In this document: piece after piece, positions 10,014 through 18,195 of the stretch | Layout: each line of letters starts with the position of its first letter | How positions within the stretch are numbered: the first letter of the stretch is position 1 | From: Elusimicrobiota bacterium | Lineage (GTDB): Bacteria; Elusimicrobiota; Elusimicrobia; FEN-1173 | Direction: 5' to 3' | Length of the DNA: 34,652 nt | Assembly (NCBI GenBank): GCA_028278255.1 | Contig: JANQER010000057.1 | Location: 1-34,652 of the forward strand | Notes under the pieces: model-generated | Told to the model about the DNA's origin: nothing | The model's database searches: none | What the model saw: only the letters and a program-made list of their open reading frames with translations | Position numbers and translations under genes: made by a program

Positions 10014-10922
10014 ATGGGAAGGAGGACTCTCTTGAAAGCAATTGTCTATGGTGGATCAGGGTTTCTCGGAAGTCACGTGGCTGATGTCCTGACAAAGAAA
10101 GGGAATCAGGTGACTATTTTTGATGTTAAGGCTTCTCCCTATCTTCAAAAAGGGCAGAAAATGATCGTGGGTGATATCCTGGATGAAAAAAAAGTGGCGC
10201 AATCCATTAAAGGCCAAGATGTCGTGTATAATTTTGCCGGTTATTCAGATATAGAATTGGCTAGTAGCCATCCTTTGGAAACAGTCAAAGCCAATATCCT
10301 CGGAAATTGTATAATTCTCGAACAGGCCAAACAGCACAAAATCAAACGATATGTTTTTGCCAGCTCTGTTTATGTCTACAGTGCGGCAGGCTCATTTTAC
10401 AGGGCCAGTAAGCAAGCGTGTGAAGCTTATATAGAAACATACGCCAAGGTCTATGGTTTGCCTTACACCATTCTTCGCTTTGGCTCCCTCTATGGGCCGC
10501 GTTCCAACCAACAAAGCGGGATCAACATGCTTCTCAAGCAGGCGATAGAAAAAAAGAAAATTGTCTACTGGGGAACCGGGGAAGAAACCCGGGAATATGT
10601 GCATGTGCATGACGCTGCGATTTGCAGTGTCGACATCTTGGACAAAAAACACACAAACGCATGTGTGCTCATTACCGGCAACCAATCAATAAAAATAAAA
10701 GATTTGCTTTGCATGATCCGTGAAATAATGGACCACAAGATTCACATTCAGTGCCGACCGGGGGCCCGGCCGGACCTGTCTGATCTCCATTATGTCATCA
10801 CGCCCTACTCTTTTATGCCCAAAGAAGGCAAAAAACTTTTGCACGCACCTTATACGGATCTTGGCCAGGGGCTTCTAAGTCTTATGGCTGAAATATACGC
10901 TGAAAAAAACGACAAGGACTAG
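10014..10922 (+). CDS. NAD-dependent epimerase/dehydratase (extended SDR)
   Basis: GGSGFLGSHV Rossmann motif and YRASKQACE (YxxxK). A TTG at 10032, preceded by GGAAGGAGGA 6 nt upstream, may be the true start. Confidence 0.85.
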   Translation: MGRRTLLKAIVYGGSGFLGSHVADVLTKKGNQVTIFDVKASPYLQKGQKMIVGDILDEKKVAQSIKGQDVVYNFAGYSDIELASSHPLETVKANILGNCIILEQAKQHKIKRYVFASSVYVYSAAGSFYRASKQACEAYIETYAKVYGLPYTILRFGSLYGPRSNQQSGINMLLKQAIEKKKIVYWGTGEETREYVHVHDAAICSVDILDKKHTNACVLITGNQSIKIKDLLCMIREIMDHKIHIQCRPGARPDLSDLHYVITPYSFMPKEGKKLLHAPYTDLGQGLLSLMAEIYAEKNDKD

Positions 10923-10928
10923 GACGCA

Positions 10929-11567
10929 ATGCCTGAAGAATCCGCGCAAACAATCCTATTTGATTTTGACGGTGTTATTTTGGAATCAGCTGGCATCAAA
11001 ACTTGGGCTTTCGGAGAGCTCTTCAAAAAATATCCGCGGCACAAAGAACAGATTGTGGCGCATCACAAAAAAAATATGGGTGTTTCCAGGTTTAGGAAAT
11101 TCGATTACATTTATCGTCACATACTCAAACAGCCTGTGTCTTCAGCACAGAAACAAAAATTAGGAGCTCTTTTCTCGCGACTGGTATTGAACAAAGTGCT
11201 GAACTGCCCGATGGTTCCCGGGGTTCTGGCTTTCATAAAAAAATTCAGCCGAAAAAAGGATTTTTTTATAGTATCCGGCACCCCTCATAAAGAATTGTGT
11301 TATATTGTCAAAAAACGTGGATTAAAAAAATACTTTAAAGGCATTTACGGCTCTCCGCCTTTAAAAGAAACAATCATTTCAACATTACTGCAAAAGCACA
11401 AATGGAAGCGTCAGAGTGTTCTTTTTATCGGAGACGGGGTTTCTGACTGGAAGGCTGCAAGAAAAAATAAAGTTCCTTTTATCGGACGGGTCATGTCCGG
11501 TAAAAGCCCGGTTTTCCCCCAACGAACCAAAACCATAAAAAATTTTAAAAGATTTAATCCTTTTTAA
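10929..11567 (+). CDS. HAD-superfamily hydrolase (phosphatase/phosphomutase-like)
   Basis: Motif I ILFDFDGVILES (DxDG), VSGTP (motif II-like) and a late GDGVSD motif. Confidence 0.75.
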   Translation: MPEESAQTILFDFDGVILESAGIKTWAFGELFKKYPRHKEQIVAHHKKNMGVSRFRKFDYIYRHILKQPVSSAQKQKLGALFSRLVLNKVLNCPMVPGVLAFIKKFSRKKDFFIVSGTPHKELCYIVKKRGLKKYFKGIYGSPPLKETIISTLLQKHKWKRQSVLFIGDGVSDWKAARKNKVPFIGRVMSGKSPVFPQRTKTIKNFKRFNPF

Positions 11568-11579
11568 AAGGAAAACAAC

Positions 11580-12569
11580 ATGTCAATCACCGTGTCTGTG
11601 ATTGTTCCGGTTTTCAATGGCGACAAATATATCAAAGAATGCCTGGACAGTGTTCTGACGCAAAGGCGCGCGCCCGATGATGTCATTGTGATAGATGATG
11701 GGTCCACTGACTCAACCCCTGCTGTGCTCGGGTTTTACAAAGAAAAAATTCGTGTGATACAAACAGCCAATCAAGGGGTGGCCTTGTCACGCAATCAAGG
11801 CATAAAAGCGGCCAAAGGACAATACTTGGCTTTCCTGGACGCCGATGACAGGTGGCATCCTGACAAACTCTATGTTTATGAAAAAGAAGCTGAGCAGCAT
11901 CCTGAATCTGCGCTCTTTTTTTCAGATGCGTGGACGATTTCTTCACAAGGAGAACGGCAGGGACTGATTCATAGACCTCTCCCTTCTGGGAAAGCATTAT
12001 ACAAAGCGCTTATAACAAAAAATTTTGTGATCACATCCACATCCATGATTCGTGCGGATGTGGTTCAAGCCATCGGATATTTTAGAGAGGATTTTAAATG
12101 CAAGGCAGGCGTGGAGGATTGGGAGTTTTTTCTGCGAGTGGTCAAGCGGTTCCCGGCCACGTATATCCCTAAGCCTTTAACGGATTATCGGATTCATCCT
12201 GCCAGCGCCATGCAAACAAAGCGATTTGACTTAAAAGAAGATGGCTTAAAAGCTTTGTCTTTTCATATGAATGATCCCGGTATTTTGCCAGAAGAAAAAA
12301 GCAAAGCCAGTGCGTTTATTCATTACTGGAGCGGGGTGCGGCATTTGGTGGCGTTGGACATAAAGCCGGCGCGCAATGATTTTATGCAAAGCCTCAAAAA
12401 CACGGATTACTTTCTAAAAAGTTTTATGTTTATCATCCTCACATTGTGTGGCCCTGGGCCAACGGGGTTTTTCCTCAGACTTCACCGTTGGCGTAAACAA
12501 ATTTGGTTTAGATTAAAAAGTAGTTTTACAAAACAACAGGAGAAAAACATTGAAGATACCTCTTCTTGA
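11580..12569 (+). CDS. family 2 glycosyltransferase (GT-A)
   Basis: VSVIVPVFNGDKYIKECLDSVLTQ, VIVIDDGSTD and the FLDADD (DxD) motif. The C-terminus carries a hydrophobic segment. Confidence 0.85.
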   Translation: MSITVSVIVPVFNGDKYIKECLDSVLTQRRAPDDVIVIDDGSTDSTPAVLGFYKEKIRVIQTANQGVALSRNQGIKAAKGQYLAFLDADDRWHPDKLYVYEKEAEQHPESALFFSDAWTISSQGERQGLIHRPLPSGKALYKALITKNFVITSTSMIRADVVQAIGYFREDFKCKAGVEDWEFFLRVVKRFPATYIPKPLTDYRIHPASAMQTKRFDLKEDGLKALSFHMNDPGILPEEKSKASAFIHYWSGVRHLVALDIKPARNDFMQSLKNTDYFLKSFMFIILTLCGPGPTGFFLRLHRWRKQIWFRLKSSFTKQQEKNIEDTSS

Positions 12570-13680
12570 CTTAGCTGCTCAGCATAATCCGATTGAAAAA
12601 GAAATAAGAACAGCAATCGACCGGGTTTTGAAAAGCCAATATTTTATTTTAGGCCCAGAGGTCAAGGGGCTGGAAAATAGGATAGCTGACTATTGCGGCG
12701 CCCAGTATGCCGTGGGGGCTTCATCCGGCACAGATGCGCTGATCATGGCATTAATGGCATTGGAGATAGGGCCAGGTGATGAAGTGATTACCACGCCGTA
12801 CACTTTCTTTGCCACGGCCAGTGCGATTGCGCGCGTGGGCGCCAGACCGGTTTTTGTGGACATTGATCCCAAGACTTACAACATAAACCCGGCATTAATA
12901 TCACAAGCCAAAACCGCTCAAACCAAAGCCATTATACCGGTTCATCTTTATGGTCAATGCGCTGACATAGAACCGATCCTGAGATGGGCCAAAAGCGAGA
13001 AAATATTTGTGATTGAAGACGCTGCCCAGGCCATAGGCGCTGAATATAAGGACGGACAAAAGGCTGGGTCTATGGGAGACCTGGGATGTTTCTCTTTTTT
13101 CCCTAGCAAGAATCTTGGGGCCATGGGCGATGGCGGCATGGTGTGTGCCAATGACAAAGGCCTTTATGAAAAACTATTGGCCATGCGTGTACATGGATCA
13201 AAGACGAAATACTTCCACCAATGGCTGGGTGGAAATTTTCGGTTGGATGCCTTGCAAGCGGCTATTGTGAATGTCAAACTGGATTCATTGAATTCATGGA
13301 CAAAAGCCAGGCAGAACAATGCCGCTCAGTATGAGGCTTTATTGAAACAAACAAATCTTATTGCAGAGGGAAAAGTTCAACTGCCTCTTCCTGTCTTTCC
13401 AGACCGGGTGTTCGGCCATATTTACAATCAATTTGTTCTGCGCGTTGAAAACAGAGACGCGCTCAGGGGCTTTTTGACAAAGGCAGAGATCGGCACGGAA
13501 ATTTATTATCCATTGCCGCTTCATCTTCAGGAATGCTTCAAATTTTTAGGGTATAATCAAGGAGATTTCCCTGAATCTGAAAAAGCCGCGCAAGAAACAT
13601 TGGCTCTCCCTATTTATCCTGGATTATCGATTCAAATGCAGGAGTATGTCGTGAGCAAAATCAGCAAATTCTACCAATGA
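12550..13680 (+). CDS. DegT/DnrJ/EryC1/StrS family PLP-dependent sugar aminotransferase
   Basis: TTG start with AGGAG 7 nt upstream, overlapping the GT2 gene by 20 nt. Motifs FILGPEV, SSGTDAL, IEDAAQAIGA and FFPSKNLGAMGDGG (PLP lysine). Confidence 0.9.
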   Translation: MKIPLLDLAAQHNPIEKEIRTAIDRVLKSQYFILGPEVKGLENRIADYCGAQYAVGASSGTDALIMALMALEIGPGDEVITTPYTFFATASAIARVGARPVFVDIDPKTYNINPALISQAKTAQTKAIIPVHLYGQCADIEPILRWAKSEKIFVIEDAAQAIGAEYKDGQKAGSMGDLGCFSFFPSKNLGAMGDGGMVCANDKGLYEKLLAMRVHGSKTKYFHQWLGGNFRLDALQAAIVNVKLDSLNSWTKARQNNAAQYEALLKQTNLIAEGKVQLPLPVFPDRVFGHIYNQFVLRVENRDALRGFLTKAEIGTEIYYPLPLHLQECFKFLGYNQGDFPESEKAAQETLALPIYPGLSIQMQEYVVSKISKFYQ

Positions 13681-14804
13681 TGAAAATCACACACATCATT
13701 ACCGGCCTCTCCACTGGCGGGGCTGAAACCATGTTGTATAAGCTCTTAAAGCACATGGACAGGTCCAAGTTTTTGTGCGAGGTTATTTCACTCACTGATT
13801 TAGGTCCTGTGGCGCAGGATATCAAATCTTTGGGTGTCTCTGTTCAGGCACTAGGCATGAGCCGGGGGATTCCTGATCCCCGGTATTTATGGAAGCTCAT
13901 TCGAATTATTCGCAGGCATCAGCCTTGCATTGTTCAAACCTGGATGTACCATTCTGATTTGATTGGTGGCTTATCTGCAAGATTGGCCGGGAAGATTCCT
14001 GTGATCTGGAATCTCCGCCAAAGCAACCTCAGCGCACAAGTCAACAAGAAGCTCAGCTTGCTCACGGCGAAAATATGCGCCTGGTTTTCCGGTATTCTCC
14101 CGGACAAAATTCTATGTAATTCAGAAGCAGCTCGACAGGCACATATCAAATTTGGTTACCAATTAGGGCCGATCATGGTCATCCCCAATGGATTTGATCC
14201 TTCAACATTCAAACCAGATGCCTCCGCAAGAAGCTCAGTGCGCCAAGAGCTGGGGATCTCACAGACGGCTCTTGTGATCGGGCTGGTGGGAAGATTTGAT
14301 CCGCAAAAAGACCATAGAACTTTTCTTCAGGCCATGGGGCTGTTAAAGAAATAATTTCCTCAAATCAGATGTGTTCTTTGTGGAGATGGCATTGACAACG
14401 AGAACACTGAGCTGGCTCAGTGGATCAGACAGGCAGCGGCGGATGATATTGTCAGCTTATTAGGCTGCAGGCAGGACATGGCGCGTCTGACAGCCTCTTT
14501 TGATATAGCGGTATCTTCTTCTTGCGGAGAAAGCTTTTCCAATGCCATTGGAGAGGCCATGGCTTGCGAAGTCCCCTGCGTGGTGACTGATGTCGGAGAG
14601 TCAGCCAAGATTGTCGGGGACACCGGTCTGGTGGTGGCGGCTCAAAATCCTGAAGCCCTGGCATTGTCCTGCGAAAAAATCATAACCTTGCCTGAAAGCG
14701 AAAAACAAAAAATGGGACAATCCTCTAGGCAGCGAATAAACGATCATTACAGTATTCAATCCATTGCTCGGCAATATCAGAGTCTTTATGAATCAATGCT
14801 TTAA
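13677..14804 (+). pseudogene. GT4 (GT-B) glycosyltransferase interrupted by a single in-frame TAA at 14352-14354
   Basis: Track ORFs 13677-14354 and 14478-14804 share one frame. Reading through the TAA gives ...FLQAMGLLKK*FPQIRCVLCGDGIDNENTELAQWIRQAAADDIVSLLGCRQDMARLTASFDIAVSSSCGESFSNAIGEAMACEVPCVVTDVG..., a continuous GT4 sequence including the E-x7-E region. Confidence 0.7.
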
Positions 14805-14835
14805 CCATAATGGGTGCCATTTTCATCACTATTCA

Positions 14836-14917
14836 GATCCTCACATGTAGATCATGTAGAATTATGACACAAAGGAATTCCTTTTCTATATGATCTACAT
14901 TCACTACATGTGAATCC
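14836..14917. promoter_or_regulatory. promoter candidate bracketed by four ATGTAG(A) words (two direct, two inverted)
   Basis: CACATGTAGATCATGTAGAAT lies at 14842-14862 and ATGATCTACATTCACTACATGTG at 14890-14912. Between them sit ATGACA (14864-14869), a 17-nt spacer and TATATG/TATGAT (14887-14894), resembling a -35/-10 pair. Confidence 0.4.
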
Positions 14918-14971
14918 TTAGATGTTTGAATGGGCACAAATTTTCTCATATTGAGTAGAGGAATTTTTCGC

Positions 14972-15934
14972 ATGGACAATCCCTTTTCAGACCCAAAAAC
15001 AGAAAAAGCTGTTTTTATTGCTTCCGGCCCTTACGGGTTAGTGGGAAGAGGGCTTTTTGGCCTTTATCCCGAACTCATTCCATTGGACATCATTGCGACC
15101 CCAGAGGACATAGAGCAGATTCAGGAAAAGCCTTTTCAAATACCGCGTGTGGATATTACAAAGCCTCAGGAAACATCATATGCTTTGGAATTCTTTGCCA
15201 AATCTTTTCCCCGGAGGCCTATTGTTCTTTTTCACTTGGCAGCGCTGACTGATACAAAAAGCACGCAAAAAGAACTGTTTGACAACGTGAACGTCAAGGG
15301 AACTGAAAACATATTAAAAGCTTGTCAGGCTGTGGGGGCCTACATGATTCACATATCAACGGATTATGTGTTTTACGCTGACAGCAAAGAGAGCATGTCT
15401 TATCAAGAGGATGATCGGCCGGTCAAATGTCCGGAAGGGGCTTATGCGGCTTCTAAATTTCATGCGGAAAATCTTGTGTTGAACAGCGTTTATCCCAGGA
15501 CATCCGTGGCCAGAATTGCTTTTCCGTACGGATCAACATGTCAAAGACTTGGCTTGGCCAAAAAAATAATTCAATCTTTTCGGGCCGCACGGGAACAAAA
15601 GAAAAGCGTGAAATTATTCTCAGACCAAAAAATCTGCCCCAGCTATATTCCGGACATCCACACTGGACTGGCCGCCATGGCCGAAAAGCTGTTACAAAAA
15701 AACGGCATGACGCAGAAGGTCTTCCATTTAACCGGCGATGTGACGACTCCTTATGAATTCGGCGCTGCCATTCAAGACATGTTTGATTTTTCAGACGTGT
15801 CGATTGAACCTGGGACAGCGGCAGGGATGCCTTGCCCACTCAATTTGTCCTTGTCTCATGAAAAGACATCCCATTTATTGGGCATTCACCCAACGCCGCA
15901 TCAAACAGCTTTGACCCAAATGAAAAATCTTTAG
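14972..15934 (+). CDS. RmlD-like NAD(P)-dependent sugar reductase (SDR family)
   Basis: Glycine-rich N-terminus IASGPYGLVGRG, ISTDYVF and YAASKFHAEN (YxxxK). The track start is 14930, but ATG 14972 has a GAGGAA RBS 9 nt upstream. Confidence 0.65.
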   Translation: MDNPFSDPKTEKAVFIASGPYGLVGRGLFGLYPELIPLDIIATPEDIEQIQEKPFQIPRVDITKPQETSYALEFFAKSFPRRPIVLFHLAALTDTKSTQKELFDNVNVKGTENILKACQAVGAYMIHISTDYVFYADSKESMSYQEDDRPVKCPEGAYAASKFHAENLVLNSVYPRTSVARIAFPYGSTCQRLGLAKKIIQSFRAAREQKKSVKLFSDQKICPSYIPDIHTGLAAMAEKLLQKNGMTQKVFHLTGDVTTPYEFGAAIQDMFDFSDVSIEPGTAAGMPCPLNLSLSHEKTSHLLGIHPTPHQTALTQMKNL

Positions 15935-15964
15935 CCTGTGTTTTCCCAATCGAAAGGCATTGAC

Positions 15965-17002
15965 ATGGCAATTTATAACCGCAAAAATATTTTACTGTTT
16001 ATCCTTGTTTGCTTGTTGGTGATTTGGGTGTGTCAGGTTTTGTTTTATTTATTGACACCACATGAAACATTATATTGTATGCGATTGCCTTCAGGGGCGC
16101 TTTTTTTAGTTGAGGATCCAGAGCATCCGCAACTACGAAAATGGAAAGAAGATCAAAAATTAGAAGATAAAATACGTTCTCAACAAACAGATTTAGAGAA
16201 ACTGTCTATTTTGGCTCAATGGACATCTACTCTTTTTAAACCTTCACTGCCATTTCCGCATTATCCGCCTTGGAATGCAAATATTATTCTAAAGATGATT
16301 CAAGAAAAAAAAACAGGTGGTTTTTGTGCCCAATATGCTTTAATTTTTGGCCAAAGCTGTCAAAGTCTTGGTTATCCGATTCGATATATTGATTTGGCAG
16401 ACAAGACAGGCCAGTCAACACATTTTACTGTTGAGGTTTATGTGCCAAACAAGAGAAAATGGGTCGCTTTTGAGCCTCAGGAGGGATTTTACTGGACAGG
16501 GGCCGGTGGAGAGCCTTTAAGTGCATTAGAATTGAGAGAGTATTTGTTCTCTCATCAGAGTGAGAAGGTAAGAGGCTATCCACCTATCCAGCCAAAGACA
16601 AAAGACCGTATAAACTTATATTTCCATTATTGTTATTATTTAAGAAATAATTTTTTATCAATTCCTGTTTTTGTGCGCAAAATAAAATACCCTGGCACAA
16701 CCAAATGGTTGTTTGAATTTTATCGAATGTTTTATGACGATGGCTCATTGGAAAAACTTAAGGAGCATAATCCTGAAGCATTTGTGTCATCCCGTAAAGA
16801 AGATTTTGATTTCAACTTCAGTATGCAGGAGTTTATAAGGAAGGATTGCCGCTCTTTAGCAGATTTTGATAATTTAATATTGACACTTCCAATTTTAAAG
16901 GTTGCTCAAATTAAAATACCAACGAATATGTTGGAGAAGCTTGTCAAAGAAAGGTGTTTAAACAATTCTTTTTTTAAGCCTTATGCAAGGGCTATTGAGT
17001 AA
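15965..17002 (+). CDS. membrane-anchored transglutaminase-like (papain-fold) domain protein
   Basis: N-terminal TM helix ILLFILVCLLVIWVCQVLFYLL. Core GGFCAQYALIFGQSCQSLGYPIRYIDL...HFTVEVY...KWVAFEPQ fits a Cys-His-Asp/Glu transglutaminase core. The track start is GTG 15938. The gene is AT-rich (about 30% GC in a sampled stretch). Confidence 0.55.
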   Translation: MAIYNRKNILLFILVCLLVIWVCQVLFYLLTPHETLYCMRLPSGALFLVEDPEHPQLRKWKEDQKLEDKIRSQQTDLEKLSILAQWTSTLFKPSLPFPHYPPWNANIILKMIQEKKTGGFCAQYALIFGQSCQSLGYPIRYIDLADKTGQSTHFTVEVYVPNKRKWVAFEPQEGFYWTGAGGEPLSALELREYLFSHQSEKVRGYPPIQPKTKDRINLYFHYCYYLRNNFLSIPVFVRKIKYPGTTKWLFEFYRMFYDDGSLEKLKEHNPEAFVSSRKEDFDFNFSMQEFIRKDCRSLADFDNLILTLPILKVAQIKIPTNMLEKLVKERCLNNSFFKPYARAIE

Positions 17003-17127
17003 ATGAAATGAGCTATTTCGAAATTCAGGTTCAACTGTTTCTGAGCTTTAAAGTAGGCGTGAGGGAAAATTCTTTGATTTGCAATGGCGTCAAATGGGCA
17101 TGAATTATGCAACCAGAATGACTGTTT

Positions 17128-18156
17128 TCATGGCCATGTCAGCCGGTCCTTTTCGATCCGCAAGGGCAGATGTTTCTTTTGTTTTATTAGCTGGCTGCTT
17201 ATGTTTTTTATATGAGTGAGTGCTTTTTGCAGGGGTTTGCCAGTCATTAGTTGGACCTGAAAATTTGACTTGTAGTTATTGACCACCACAGGAAAAATGT
17301 CAGCGGTCATTGAGCGGTCAGATGAAAACCCCAGCTTCAAAACAGCCCCGCTGGGCCGATGGCTGCCAGTGCCGAAAACAAAGTTGCCCAAACTATAGGC
17401 AATCAGCTTTTTTTTATATATCTCAAAACTTTGAACAGCGTGCGGATGATGCCCGATCACAGCATCAGCTCCTGCGTCAACAGCTGTATGCGCCAAAAAA
17501 ATTTGCCGGTCATGAGGCACGGGCGTGTACTCTTTTCCCCAATGAAAAGACACAATCACCCAATCATATTTTTGACGCGCTTTTTTAATGTCTTTGCGAA
17601 AAAAATCACTATTGGCCGGCGCTGTGCCTGCTTTCCCCTTTGTGGCATAAAAATCCTCAGGCAACGTAAAAGAATAGGCCAGGAAAGCCAAGGTTTGTCC
17701 TTTGACAGACACCACAGCGGGCTCTCTTGCTTTCATCAGGTTCTCGCCGGCGCCGCAATACAGAATATTGGCTTGCTCTAAATAAGAAAAAGTGTCGGAC
17801 AAAGCCTCACGCCCATAGTCCAAAACATGATTGTTGGCCAAACACACCACATCAAATCCCGCGGATGTCAAAGCAGACAGATGATCAGGATTCATGCGGA
17901 AAGTATATTGCTTGTCCACAGGCGTGCCGCGTTTACTGACAGGGTTCTCCAAGTTGCCAAAAAGAATATCTGACTTGTCCAAAAAAAACTGGATTTTCTT
18001 AAAGGGAAAATCAGAGCCATTTTTGTCCAACACCGGCTCATACCGATGCCCCAACATCACATCCCCCACAAACGTGACACACACCTTTTCGGCATAAAGT
18101 GTGCTGAACGTTAAAACGCCCAGAACCAATAAAAGAGTGATTTTTATATGTTTCAA
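17128..18156 (-). CDS. capA: CapA/PgsA-family metallophosphoesterase-like protein with signal peptide
   Basis: VTFVGDVMLGH, LANNHVLDYG, SFHWGKEY and GHHPH motifs. TTG start. The N-terminus is hydrophobic (ITLLLVLGVLTFSTLYA). Confidence 0.75.
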   Translation of the reverse strand: MKHIKITLLLVLGVLTFSTLYAEKVCVTFVGDVMLGHRYEPVLDKNGSDFPFKKIQFFLDKSDILFGNLENPVSKRGTPVDKQYTFRMNPDHLSALTSAGFDVVCLANNHVLDYGREALSDTFSYLEQANILYCGAGENLMKAREPAVVSVKGQTLAFLAYSFTLPEDFYATKGKAGTAPANSDFFRKDIKKARQKYDWVIVSFHWGKEYTPVPHDRQIFLAHTAVDAGADAVIGHHPHAVQSFEIYKKKLIAYSLGNFVFGTGSHRPSGAVLKLGFSSDRSMTADIFPVVVNNYKSNFQVQLMTGKPLQKALTHIKNISSQLIKQKKHLPLRIEKDRLTWP

Positions 18157-18174
18157 TTTCTAGTTTCCAATTTC
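18151..18174 (-). repeat. 24-nt dispersed repeat GAAATTGGAAACTAGAAATTGAAA, copy 1 (overlaps the capA TTG start)
   Basis: The reverse complement of 18151-18174 matches 30049-30072 at 23 of 24 positions. Confidence 0.7.
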
Positions 18175-18195
18175 AAATTTCATGAAAACAATATT

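Noticed and set aside
14352-14354. TAA inside the GT4 gene as evidence of stop-codon reassignment or an alternative genetic code.
   Set aside because: TAA unambiguously terminates well-defined genes here (for example 4284-4286, 5862-5864, 10006-10008). TGA and TAG also act as stops at gene ends with overlapping starts.
17310-18097. Several 60-140 aa plus-strand ORFs (17310-17588, 17359-17781, 17727-17939, 17894-18097) antisense to capA. Similar antisense or alternate-frame ORFs lie inside most long genes (for example 1661-2062, 19485-19992, 15453-15839).
   Set aside because: They lie wholly inside ORFs with clear family motifs, lack RBSs, and translate to low-complexity or Arg/Cys/Ser-rich sequence typical of shadow ORFs.
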